Of a stretch of 50,297 nucleotides of DNA, positions 8,917-17,630 are shown piece after piece (positions within the stretch are counted from its first letter, which is position 1; each line of letters starts with the position of its first letter). Origin of the DNA: Candidatus Methylomirabilota bacterium (lineage in GTDB: Bacteria > Patescibacteriota > Microgenomatia > Levybacterales > UBA12049); NCBI GenBank assembly GCA_035644155.1, contig DASQPC010000081.1, positions 1 to 50,297 on the forward strand. The letters are read 5' to 3'. The notes under the pieces were generated by a model. That model saw only the letters and a program-made list of their open reading frames with translations. It was not told the DNA's origin and ran no database searches. The position numbers and the translations under genes are program-made.

Positions 8917-9930
8917 TTAATCTAAAATAATCTTTAATTTATTTTGTTCAATTGCTTCTTTTATTTCACGCGCAATTCGTCTCCCAGTACTCATTGGTTC
9001 ATTATAATACAACCAAGAATAAGCTGATCCATGAGTAAATAAATTTGTTCCCGCAACAATTCTACAAGAAATTTCAATAATAAAAAATTGCTGCTCAGGA
9101 CTAATAACCGTCTCAAGACAAAATGCGCCAAAAAGTCCCCTTCCATTCATGAGCTTTTGTGATGCTTCAATAACTCGCATTCCCATTTCATAAGCTTCAA
9201 CAAGCATTGCTTCGCGAAGTACCAAAGGACTATTACCAACAACGACATAACTCGGATTGATCTCCAACCCTTCTTGTCCAGCAAGCGGAATTCTCCCAAG
9301 AGAATCAACATTGGTTTCATAGCGTCTATCAATGCTCATAATTTCAAGCTTCCTCGTCAATAGCGAGTAAAAATAATGAACATAAAGAGGAACGCCGATA
9401 ACATACTCTTGAATAATAAATTGATTCGATCCCATTTGTTTTATCTTACTTTTATAATCTTTTTTGTCTTTTGCATAGAAGTATCCGCGTCCTCCAGCGG
9501 CTCCATACGATTTAACAATAACTGGATAGTTAATATCCCCAATTGTTTTGAATTGCTTTGGCATATTAATATTTGCTTTTTGCATCCATGCTCGCTGTTT
9601 GAGTCGATCTTCTTCCCAGTCCAAAACTTTTTTATTACCATAGTACATAACTTTCATTGTTCTATTTTTTTCAGCGCCAAGATATGCGACAAATGAACCA
9701 TGAGGGACAAGAATGACATTTTTTTTGATAAGCTGTTTTTCAATAGATGGAAAATCTCCAAATGAGTTTAATAGTATAAATTCGTCAATAAAGGGAAAGG
9801 TGCGATAGAATTTTTCTCTTTCGGCAGTTATGATAATCAATGTTTGGAATCCTTCATCTTTTGCGCCTTTTAAGATCTGCAATGCAGAATGGCTTCCAAG
9901 TGTTGCGATGATATATTTTTTATTTTTCAT
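8917..9930 (-). CDS. purP: Archaeal-type PurP-family ATP-grasp protein, paralog 2
   Basis: 337 aa with YIIATLGSHSALQILKGAKDEGFQTLII and C-terminal GRRIAREIKEA. It is clearly homologous to paralog 1 along its whole length but strongly diverged. Confidence 0.8.
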   Translation of the reverse strand: MKNKKYIIATLGSHSALQILKGAKDEGFQTLIIITAEREKFYRTFPFIDEFILLNSFGDFPSIEKQLIKKNVILVPHGSFVAYLGAEKNRTMKVMYYGNKKVLDWEEDRLKQRAWMQKANINMPKQFKTIGDINYPVIVKSYGAAGGRGYFYAKDKKDYKSKIKQMGSNQFIIQEYVIGVPLYVHYFYSLLTRKLEIMSIDRRYETNVDSLGRIPLAGQEGLEINPSYVVVGNSPLVLREAMLVEAYEMGMRVIEASQKLMNGRGLFGAFCLETVISPEQQFFIIEISCRIVAGTNLFTHGSAYSWLYYNEPMSTGRRIAREIKEAIEQNKLKIILD

Positions 9931-10730
9931 GATTTAAAGTATTCCACTGCATTTTTAAATATTTGTAACCCTGGTCTATCAAGTGGTAATTGCTTCTTTT
10001 CTTTTACATAGCGCTGTTTTAATAAAGACCAATTGGGTTGTTGCGTAAAAAACATTCCGCGTTCTGGATGAGGCATCAGTGCAAGGACTTTTCCTGTTTC
10101 ATCAATCATACCAGCAATATCATCAAGTGATCCGTTCGGATTGGCTGGCACGTCAAGATAAGTGCTCATTTCGCCTTTTATATATTGCAAAGCGATTTGT
10201 TTATTTTTGTGAAGTTTCTTAAGGTTTTCTTCAGTAGTAAAAAATTTGCCTTCACCATGAGCAATAGGAAGTGATAAGGTGTCAATACCTTTAAGCCAAG
10301 GAGTTTTTGTAGTGACCTTCATATCTGTCCATCGAGTAATGAGCCTTGCTGATTTGTTGTGAAGAAGTGCTGCTTTTCGTTCCCCATATTGCTTTTCAAA
10401 TGCTGGAACAAGGCCGAGATTGGCAACTATTTGGCACCCATTACAAATACCAATTATTAATGTATCTTGTCCAAGAAATTTTTGTAATTTTTCCCACAAA
10501 TGGTTTCGTAATTTATTAGCATACGCATTTCCAGAGCCGGTGTCGTCTCCATAAGAAAAACCGCCAGGGAAGGAAAGTATTTGATAGTTGCTTAATTTTA
10601 TCCTTCCATCAATAAGGTCATTGATATGAATAATATCTGCTGAAGCGCCAGCAAGCATAAATCCGTATGCTGTTTCTTCCTCAGAATTAAGTCCATAACC
10701 AGAAAAAATTAATGCTTTTGGTTTTATCAT
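9927..10730 (-). CDS. purQ: FGAM synthase glutamine amidotransferase subunit
   Basis: 267 aa with the class I GATase nucleophile elbow GICNGCQ and catalytic His in MPHPERG. It lies directly downstream of purL. Confidence 0.9.
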   Translation of the reverse strand: MIKPKALIFSGYGLNSEEETAYGFMLAGASADIIHINDLIDGRIKLSNYQILSFPGGFSYGDDTGSGNAYANKLRNHLWEKLQKFLGQDTLIIGICNGCQIVANLGLVPAFEKQYGERKAALLHNKSARLITRWTDMKVTTKTPWLKGIDTLSLPIAHGEGKFFTTEENLKKLHKNKQIALQYIKGEMSTYLDVPANPNGSLDDIAGMIDETGKVLALMPHPERGMFFTQQPNWSLLKQRYVKEKKQLPLDRPGLQIFKNAVEYFKS

Positions 10731-10731
10731 A

Positions 10732-13700
10732 TTAATAATCTTTCAATGTTTCTCTATATGCTTTGGTTGCGTTATCGAGTTTAAGATTTATTATTTCTTT
10801 TTCTGTTAATCCGTTAATCAGTATTGTTGGGTCTTTGGTTACTTTGCCAATTTGTACAAATATATTGCCTTGCATCATTTTTTCAAATATTTCTTTATTT
10901 TCTTTTGCAATTGTGACAACGATTCTTCCCTGACTCTCTGAGTAAAGTGCAAAATCATCACGGTTTATTTGTCCAGGAATATTTTTTAGTGAAATATTCA
11001 GGCCGAGCATCCCACCAATTGCTTTTTTGGCAAGAGCAACTGCAAGCCCTCCGCGAGTAATACTGATACTGGATGCAATAAGATTTTTTTGTATTGCGTT
11101 GTAAAGTGTTTGATATAGCTTTTTATTTTTTTCTGCATGGACGTTTGGTACAACCGTACCATTTGTTTCAAGCATCGCAAAATATTCTGAACCGGCAAGT
11201 TCTTCATTTGTTTCTCCAAGAAGATAGACAAGATCTCCTGGGTTTTTTGCATCAAGGCTTACTACTTTTGTACTATCATCGATAACCCCAAACGATGATA
11301 TCAGAAGAGTTGGAGGAATAGAAAGCGTGAATTGATTATTATTTTTATCGAAACCTTTAAAGTCATTAAACATGCTATCCTTTCCGGAAACAAATGGTGT
11401 TTCATATATTGTTGCAAAATCATAACATGCCTTGGCTGCAAGTTTTAATTGTCCTAATCTCTTTGGATCATTGGCGCTACACCAACAGAAATTATCCAAA
11501 ATGGCAAGATGATCAGGATTTGCTCCGGCTGCAATTGCGTTACGTATCGCCGTATCAATTGCTGCGGCACTCATTCGATAGGGATCAATTTCACTATACG
11601 TTGGATACAAACCTTGTGACAGTATCACGCCTTTTTGTGAATGTAATACCGGTCGGATAACACTGGTCTCTCCATTAACTCGTCCACGTCCTTGCAATGG
11701 ACCTAAGATGTTATTCCCCTGTACAATATAATCATATTGCTCTGAAATAAATTCATAACTTGTGATATTAAGTCTTTGCAACATTGTTGTTAAAGATTTT
11801 GTGAGATTTTTCTGAAGAGGAATTGTTGTCTTAGTGGTTTCAGGTTTGACAAATGTTGTTTTCATTGGTCTTTGAGGAAGACCGTCATGCAGAAATTCCA
11901 TTGAGATATCCATAATTTTTTTCTTATCGTATGTTACGACACATCTTCTGCTTTTAGTAAATTTGCCAATAACAGTTGCTTCAACACCGCGACGCTTCAT
12001 CAAATCTACAAATTTTTTCCATTTTGTTTGTGGTACTGCAAGGGTCATCCTCTCTTGTGATTCAGAAACCCAAATTTCCCAAGGGTCAAGGCCAGGATAT
12101 TTGAGAGGTACTTTCTCAAGTTCAACTTCACAACCACCTGATTCTTTGGCCATTTCTGCAACAGAGCAGGAAAGTCCGCCAGCACCGTTATCAGTTATAC
12201 TATTATAAAAAAGCAAATCCCGTGCTTCTTTTACAAGTGCATCACTTAATTTTTTCTGCGTGATTGGATCACCAATTTGTACTGCTGTTGCTGGGCTGCC
12301 ACTATCCATTGCTTCTGATGAAAAGGTTGCGCCGTGAATACCATCTTTACCAACGCGTCCACCAATTATCACAATAAGATCACCTGGTTGTGCTTTCTTT
12401 TTATGTGATACTTTATTTTTAATTTTTCGCGGGATCAGTCCTACTGTTCCAACAAAAACCAAAGGTTTGCCACGATATCTTTCATCAAAATACACAAATC
12501 CCTGTGGCGTTGGAATTCCTGATTGATTGCCACCTGCATTAACTCCGTCAATGACTCCAAGCATGATTCGTTTGCTTGAAAGCATTTTTTGTGTTTTGTC
12601 ACGACCTTTGTATAATGGTATATCGATACGTGGGTCTGCAAAACAATAACCATAAAAATTTGCAATAGGTTTTGCTCCAAGTCCAAAACCAAGAGCATCC
12701 CGATTAACACCGACAATACCAGTAATCGCGCCACCAAATGGATCAAGGGCTGATGGGCTATTATGTGTTTCTACTTTGTGTGTTACCAAATAGTCCTCAT
12801 CGAAAGCAATCGCTCCAGAATTGTCAGTAAAAACAGAGACACAAAAATCTTTTTTGCCTTTTTTCTTTCTAATTTCTTCGGTTGCTTGTTTAATATATGT
12901 TTTATACAATCCATCTTTTAATTCATCCATTGGATCAGCAAAAATAGTATGTTTACAATGTTCAGACCAAGTTTGTGCAATTGATTCAAGCTCAATGTCT
13001 GTCGGATTTCTTTTTTGTTTTTTAAAATATGCTTGGATGGTTTTCATAAATATGAGATCAAGCGCTAGTGGTCCACGTCTCGTCCCATCACTATTTGCAA
13101 TTCCTGATTTGCCAATTTTTATTAATTCGTCATCCGTTACATTCAGATTTACTTCAGCAACTTGTGGCTCTTTTTGTAATTTCACTTGCGGAATAATAAT
13201 ATCCATGCCGCCATCTTTGATAAAATCTTCAAAATTTTTTATATGCATTCGTTGAATGAGAGGATTATACATACTTTCTGCAATTTCAAGTGCTTCTTTT
13301 TTTGAAATATTGCCAATCAGAAATGTCAGCTGAGATATATAGACATTTTCTCCATCAACAAATGCATTTTTAAGTAAGTCACTTATTGTTTCTTTGGCAG
13401 TATTTGCAATATTGTCAGTAACACCCGGAAGAAAACCTATTTCGATTGCAAAAGAGAATTGTTGATTCGGTTTACCTTTTATTTCTTGGGTAACTGGATT
13501 GGAAAGCGCAGAAGAAATTTTATTTATTTCTTCTGCGGTGAAAGGTTTATCTATTGTATAGACATCAGCAATTGTCACGTCTTTAATATTTTTATTTATC
13601 TGAACGATTTTTTCCTTTCTGACAGCTGCGCGAGTATCAAGAACTTTTGGAAAAATTTCAAGTCGTGAAGTTGCATTTTGTATCATTATTCTTCCGATAT

Positions 13701-14961
13701 CTTTCCTATATTGCATACCATCAAAATGGATTCCGTTTTCACCGATGACTGCATATGCTTTCTCAAGTGCGACGTTGAGATTTTTACCAACAGCGGTTAT
13801 TCCCAAAACGCGTCCACCATTAGTGACAATTTTGTTCTCAATTTTTTTTGTTGCAAAGTGAAAGACAACAATATCCTTTGTTTTTTCTGCTTTTTCTAAA
13901 CCTTTAATAATATCACCTTTATGAAAACCAGCAGGATACATTTTTGATGCTAAGACAATACAACATGCAAAGTTTTTACTCCATGTAATTTTTTGCTTAG
14001 CAAGTGTGCCGTCAACACATGCATGCAAAATATCAAATAAATCAGATTCGAGAAGCCGCATGTAGGATTCAATTTCAGGATCGCCAAAACGGCAGTTAAA
14101 TTCAACAACTTTTGGTCCATCTTTTGTCATCATAAGACCGGGATACAAACAGCCGACAAATTTCATGCCACGTTTTTTCATGCCTTTGATTGCAGGAATC
14201 ACAATTTTCTTTTTAATTTCTTCAAGTTGTTTTTCTGTGATTTCAGGAAGTGGTACGATAGTGCCCATTCCTCCAGTATTTGGTCCCTGATTTCCTTCAA
14301 AAATTGGTTTATGATCACGATTGGTTGGGAAGAGGGTGACATTCTCTCCATCAGAAAGTGCATGAATTGAAACTTCTTTCCCTTCCAAAAATTCTTCAAT
14401 CACAACTTGATCACCAGCAGCGCCAAAAATCTTTGTTACCATAATATCCTCAAGTGCTTTTGCTGCTTCTTCGTGAGTTTTTGCAATAATGACACCTTTG
14501 CCAAGTGCCAAACCGCTGGCTTTAATGACAATTGGTAGTGATTGTTTGGTGAGATACTTTTGAGCCTTTGTAAAATTGGTGAATGTTTCATATTTTGCAG
14601 TTGGTATATTTTCTTCTTGCATCAGTTGTTTGGCGAATGCTTTTGATGCTTCAATTTGTGCGGCTTTTTTTGATGGGCCAAAGATTTTAAGGTTTTGTTT
14701 TTGGAAAGCGTCGACAATGCCTGCTGCTAAAATAGCATCTGGAGCTGCAACGGTAAAATCAATATTTTCTTTTTTCGCAAATGCGATTAATGCTTCAAAA
14801 TCAGTTGCAGCAATCCCTGTGCTTATTCCAATTGTTTCAGTCCCAACAGTTCCTGGAGCAAAGTATATTTTGCTCACTTTTGGAGACTGTTTTAATTTCC
14901 AACCAAGTGCATGTTCACGTGCGCCAGAAGCAACTATTAAAATAGTATGTTTTTTTACCAC
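10732..14961 (-). CDS. purD-purL: Fusion protein: GAR synthetase (PurD), PurS-like/large-PurL N-terminal domain, and FGAM synthase (PurL)
   Basis: 1409 aa.
- Residues 1 to about 425 are PurD (ILIVASGAREHALGWKL, ATP-grasp, NGGRVLGITA).
- Residues about 430-590 form a PurS-like domain (GFLPGVTDNIANTA).
- From about residue 600 it is PurL (NPTDIELESIAQTWSEHCKHTIF, VETHNSPSALDPFGGA, GKDSMFN).
There is no internal stop and no separate purS ORF in the cluster. Confidence 0.85.
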   Translation of the reverse strand: MVKKHTILIVASGAREHALGWKLKQSPKVSKIYFAPGTVGTETIGISTGIAATDFEALIAFAKKENIDFTVAAPDAILAAGIVDAFQKQNLKIFGPSKKAAQIEASKAFAKQLMQEENIPTAKYETFTNFTKAQKYLTKQSLPIVIKASGLALGKGVIIAKTHEEAAKALEDIMVTKIFGAAGDQVVIEEFLEGKEVSIHALSDGENVTLFPTNRDHKPIFEGNQGPNTGGMGTIVPLPEITEKQLEEIKKKIVIPAIKGMKKRGMKFVGCLYPGLMMTKDGPKVVEFNCRFGDPEIESYMRLLESDLFDILHACVDGTLAKQKITWSKNFACCIVLASKMYPAGFHKGDIIKGLEKAEKTKDIVVFHFATKKIENKIVTNGGRVLGITAVGKNLNVALEKAYAVIGENGIHFDGMQYRKDIGRIMIQNATSRLEIFPKVLDTRAAVRKEKIVQINKNIKDVTIADVYTIDKPFTAEEINKISSALSNPVTQEIKGKPNQQFSFAIEIGFLPGVTDNIANTAKETISDLLKNAFVDGENVYISQLTFLIGNISKKEALEIAESMYNPLIQRMHIKNFEDFIKDGGMDIIIPQVKLQKEPQVAEVNLNVTDDELIKIGKSGIANSDGTRRGPLALDLIFMKTIQAYFKKQKRNPTDIELESIAQTWSEHCKHTIFADPMDELKDGLYKTYIKQATEEIRKKKGKKDFCVSVFTDNSGAIAFDEDYLVTHKVETHNSPSALDPFGGAITGIVGVNRDALGFGLGAKPIANFYGYCFADPRIDIPLYKGRDKTQKMLSSKRIMLGVIDGVNAGGNQSGIPTPQGFVYFDERYRGKPLVFVGTVGLIPRKIKNKVSHKKKAQPGDLIVIIGGRVGKDGIHGATFSSEAMDSGSPATAVQIGDPITQKKLSDALVKEARDLLFYNSITDNGAGGLSCSVAEMAKESGGCEVELEKVPLKYPGLDPWEIWVSESQERMTLAVPQTKWKKFVDLMKRRGVEATVIGKFTKSRRCVVTYDKKKIMDISMEFLHDGLPQRPMKTTFVKPETTKTTIPLQKNLTKSLTTMLQRLNITSYEFISEQYDYIVQGNNILGPLQGRGRVNGETSVIRPVLHSQKGVILSQGLYPTYSEIDPYRMSAAAIDTAIRNAIAAGANPDHLAILDNFCWCSANDPKRLGQLKLAAKACYDFATIYETPFVSGKDSMFNDFKGFDKNNNQFTLSIPPTLLISSFGVIDDSTKVVSLDAKNPGDLVYLLGETNEELAGSEYFAMLETNGTVVPNVHAEKNKKLYQTLYNAIQKNLIASSISITRGGLAVALAKKAIGGMLGLNISLKNIPGQINRDDFALYSESQGRIVVTIAKENKEIFEKMMQGNIFVQIGKVTKDPTILINGLTEKEIINLKLDNATKAYRETLKDY

Positions 14962-17078
14962 GGAAAATCTCCTTTACTGACATCAATATTATGACGAAGA
15001 ACATGCAGGATGCGTTTAATAGCAGTTGGAAATAATTGGTGTTCTGTCTCATCCATTCTCTGTCTCCAAGACTCAAACGGCTCATCATGTTTGATTCGGA
15101 CTTCTGCTTTCATAATAACAGGCCCAACGTCAACGCCGTCTCCAGGAAGAACTTGATGAACTGAAATACCTGAAACAGGAAGTTTTTTGGCAAACGTTTC
15201 TTGCCAAACACTTTCTCCACGTAAAACAGGAATTATTCCTCTTGACGTTTTGACAGTCGTTGCGGAGTCATTTGTTAAAAGAGCAGGATGATGATTGATA
15301 ACAGGAATTTGTAACTTTTGCATCTCTTTCAAAAATGAATCGCTCAAAATGAAAAGCCAACCAGATAAAAGAATCATATCAGGTTTTGTCTCTTGTACAT
15401 AGGAGATAAGCTTTTCTTCATATTTTTGTCTTGCAGTTTTGTCTGAGAATTTCCCTTCATATGTAATAGTTGTCGTTGGAATATTATTGTTCTTTGCACG
15501 AGTTAGTCCATAAGCATCTTTTTTATTTGAAACAATATGTGTTATTTCGGCATCAATTGTTTTGTGTTTTATGCCATCAATAATATCTTGAACAAATGTT
15601 CCTTTTCCAGAAATAAAAATACATATTTTTGGTTTGTTTCCTATTTTCTTTTTCAGTTTAGGAAAAACAAATTGTTTGCCTCTTACTGGATGAGGACCAC
15701 CAAAAGGATACCAATAAAAATCTTCAGGTTTTCCTCCCATTGCTTTGGTTGTCTCTTCAATGGGAAGATAGATTACTTCATCTGCATCAATAAGTTCTGC
15801 AATTTTTTTTTCAATTACATCAAAAGGTTTTTTCTGAAAACGAGATGCTGGTAAATCTTTTTTGCTGCGCATATCAATTCCTAAATCACATTGGTTTACA
15901 ACAGGAGGACTGGCAATGCCCATATACACTTCTTTTGCGCCGGCACTTCGTAATGACTGAATCAATGCTTTACTTGTTGTAAGTCGCACCGCTGAATCAT
16001 CAACCACGACAACTTTTTTTCCAAGAATTTCATCGGGAACAATATTATGTTTGCCATTAACTGCTCTCGTTCTGTTTTCTTGTCCAGGTTGAATAAATGT
16101 TCGTCCGACATAATTACTTGTTGTAATAGCGTCAATAATTGGAAGTTTCAAAAATTGTGCAACGCCTTTTGCTGCTGGGTAACCTGATTCAAAAATTGGT
16201 ATGACAGCATCTGGTCGTATGTTCTTTTTTGCGATTCGTTCACCAAGAAAATTTCCTGATATTTCTCGTCCTGTTCTGACCCGTCTGCCATTGATAAAAC
16301 TATCAGGTCTAGCAAAATAAACATATTCAAAAAGAGAATGGTGTGACTTTTTAGGTGCGCCAAAAAAATAAGAAGTCATTTTGCCGTCCTCTGTAATTTT
16401 TATCATTTCTCCTGGTATAACATCGCGGACAAAATCTGCGCCAATTGCATCAAGCGCTACTGATTCAGAAGCAATAACCCATCCATCATGTAATTTACCA
16501 AGACACAGTGACCAAATACCATAAGGATCTCGGATAGCAAAAAGTGAATGATCATTGGTTAATAAAACAAAATTGTATGCTCCTTTACATTGTGGTAATA
16601 TAGCAATTAATGTTTCTTCCCAAGAAGAAAAGGTTGGTCTTTTTTTTAAAAGTACTCGGGCAACAAGCGTTGTGTCACTAGTAATTTTTTTTCGTTCGTT
16701 GAGTTCTTGACGAAGATTTGTCATATCTGGGATGTTGCCATTATGTCCGATACTTAATTGGTATTTCCCATTTTTTAATTCTATTGGTTGGGCATTTTCT
16801 AAAGCTCCTCCACCAGAAGTTGCATAGCGGTTATGTCCAATTGCTAGTTTGCTTTTACCTAACTTTTTAAGAACTGTTTCGGTCAAAACAGTAGGAACAA
16901 GCCCCATGTTTTTATACGTCACAATTTTTCCTGTTGGTTTACAGATGCTTATGCCAGCGCTTTCTTGTCCGCGATGTTGAAGAGCGGACAAACCTTGTTT
17001 GACAAAATAAGGTGCATGATTACTTGTCGTCCAAACACCTATTACTCCACATTTTTCTCGTAAAGATTTATTTCCCAT
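14955..17078 (-). CDS. purF-purN: Fusion protein: amidophosphoribosyltransferase (PurF) and GAR formyltransferase (PurN)
   Basis: 707 aa.
- Residues 1 to about 480 are PurF: an Ntn-type Cys after a 9-residue propeptide (MGNKSLREK|CGVIGV), RGQESAGI, and the PRTase loop VVVVDDSAVRLTT.
- Residues about 482-707 are PurN (KICIFISGKGT, INHHPALL, SVHQV). Confidence 0.85.
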   Translation of the reverse strand: MGNKSLREKCGVIGVWTTSNHAPYFVKQGLSALQHRGQESAGISICKPTGKIVTYKNMGLVPTVLTETVLKKLGKSKLAIGHNRYATSGGGALENAQPIELKNGKYQLSIGHNGNIPDMTNLRQELNERKKITSDTTLVARVLLKKRPTFSSWEETLIAILPQCKGAYNFVLLTNDHSLFAIRDPYGIWSLCLGKLHDGWVIASESVALDAIGADFVRDVIPGEMIKITEDGKMTSYFFGAPKKSHHSLFEYVYFARPDSFINGRRVRTGREISGNFLGERIAKKNIRPDAVIPIFESGYPAAKGVAQFLKLPIIDAITTSNYVGRTFIQPGQENRTRAVNGKHNIVPDEILGKKVVVVDDSAVRLTTSKALIQSLRSAGAKEVYMGIASPPVVNQCDLGIDMRSKKDLPASRFQKKPFDVIEKKIAELIDADEVIYLPIEETTKAMGGKPEDFYWYPFGGPHPVRGKQFVFPKLKKKIGNKPKICIFISGKGTFVQDIIDGIKHKTIDAEITHIVSNKKDAYGLTRAKNNNIPTTTITYEGKFSDKTARQKYEEKLISYVQETKPDMILLSGWLFILSDSFLKEMQKLQIPVINHHPALLTNDSATTVKTSRGIIPVLRGESVWQETFAKKLPVSGISVHQVLPGDGVDVGPVIMKAEVRIKHDEPFESWRQRMDETEHQLFPTAIKRILHVLRHNIDVSKGDFPW

Positions 17079-17099
17079 ACTTTAGTAATTTTTAAGAAT

Positions 17100-17124
17100 A
17101 AAAAAAACCCGCAGTTGTGCGGGT
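17100..17124 (-). terminator. Intrinsic-terminator-like hairpin in the purine operon leader (candidate attenuator)
   Basis: The minus strand reads A-CCCGCA-CAAC-TGCGGG-TTTTTTTT: a 6-7 bp GC-rich stem, a 4-nt loop and an 8-T run. It ends 21 nt before the purF::purN ATG and lies downstream of the promoter. Confidence 0.5.
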
Positions 17125-17168
17125 AAAAAGGTAGAGTCTACCAATAAATATTTAAATGATTATTAGGC

Positions 17169-17181
17169 TGCCAATTGGGCA
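17169..17181 (-). promoter_or_regulatory. Operator-like near-palindrome just downstream of the pur promoter
   Basis: The minus strand reads TGCCCAATTGGCA, with half-sites TGCC/GGCA around CCAATTGG. It begins about 6 nt after the predicted transcription start. Confidence 0.3.
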
Positions 17182-17193
17182 TTTCCATAATCC

Positions 17194-17222
17194 TTTATAA
17201 AATAAATATTTCTTGCTGTCAA
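17194..17222 (-). promoter_or_regulatory. Sigma70-like promoter of the purine operon
   Basis: On the minus strand, TTGACA (17222-17217), a 17-nt spacer, then TATAAA (17199-17194). It sits about 115 nt upstream of the purF::purN ATG. Confidence 0.5.
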
Positions 17223-17270
17223 GTAGGAGAAGAGTTGCTTTCATTACAGAAAACCCTCACAATAGGATAA

Positions 17271-17618
17271 ATGAACAAAAGAGCCCTGCTTAAAAACATT
17301 GCATTGATTATTGCGTTAGTTGTTGCCGCTTATCTTATTGCAAATTATACAGGAACGGTAAAAAGTACTGTTATGGAATTGTTTCATATTTCTGGAAGTA
17401 GCGTCAAAGGAGCAAGTACAGAAAGAGCACAAGAGATTTCACAAGAAATTGGTTCTGATTTTGGATCACAATTTGACGTAGTCAAAGAGCAACTATTAAA
17501 TGCTAAGGTTTCTGATGCAATAAGCGGTATATCTCGATTGCAAAAGATTCCTAAGGATATAAAGTCTCTTGAAAATTTTGCACAAGAAGAAATGCAAAAC
17601 TTTACGAAGAAGAAATAG
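17271..17618 (+). CDS. Hypothetical membrane-anchored protein
   Basis: 115 aa with an N-terminal TM helix (IALIIALVVAAYLIA) and a polar, helix-prone remainder. I recognise no family. Confidence 0.5.
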   Translation: MNKRALLKNIALIIALVVAAYLIANYTGTVKSTVMELFHISGSSVKGASTERAQEISQEIGSDFGSQFDVVKEQLLNAKVSDAISGISRLQKIPKDIKSLENFAQEEMQNFTKKK

Positions 17619-17630
17619 TATAATAAATAT

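Noticed and set aside
17079-17190. Known purine-related riboswitch classes (guanine/adenine, ZTP/pfl, PRPP/ykkC-type, THF) in the pur operon leader.
   Set aside because: I could not find the conserved cores I remember, such as the CCGCCUGGGC-type ZTP 3' motif or the purine three-way junction with its U/C-rich loops. The leader is also short, about 90 nt. It is kept only as an unclassified attenuator candidate.
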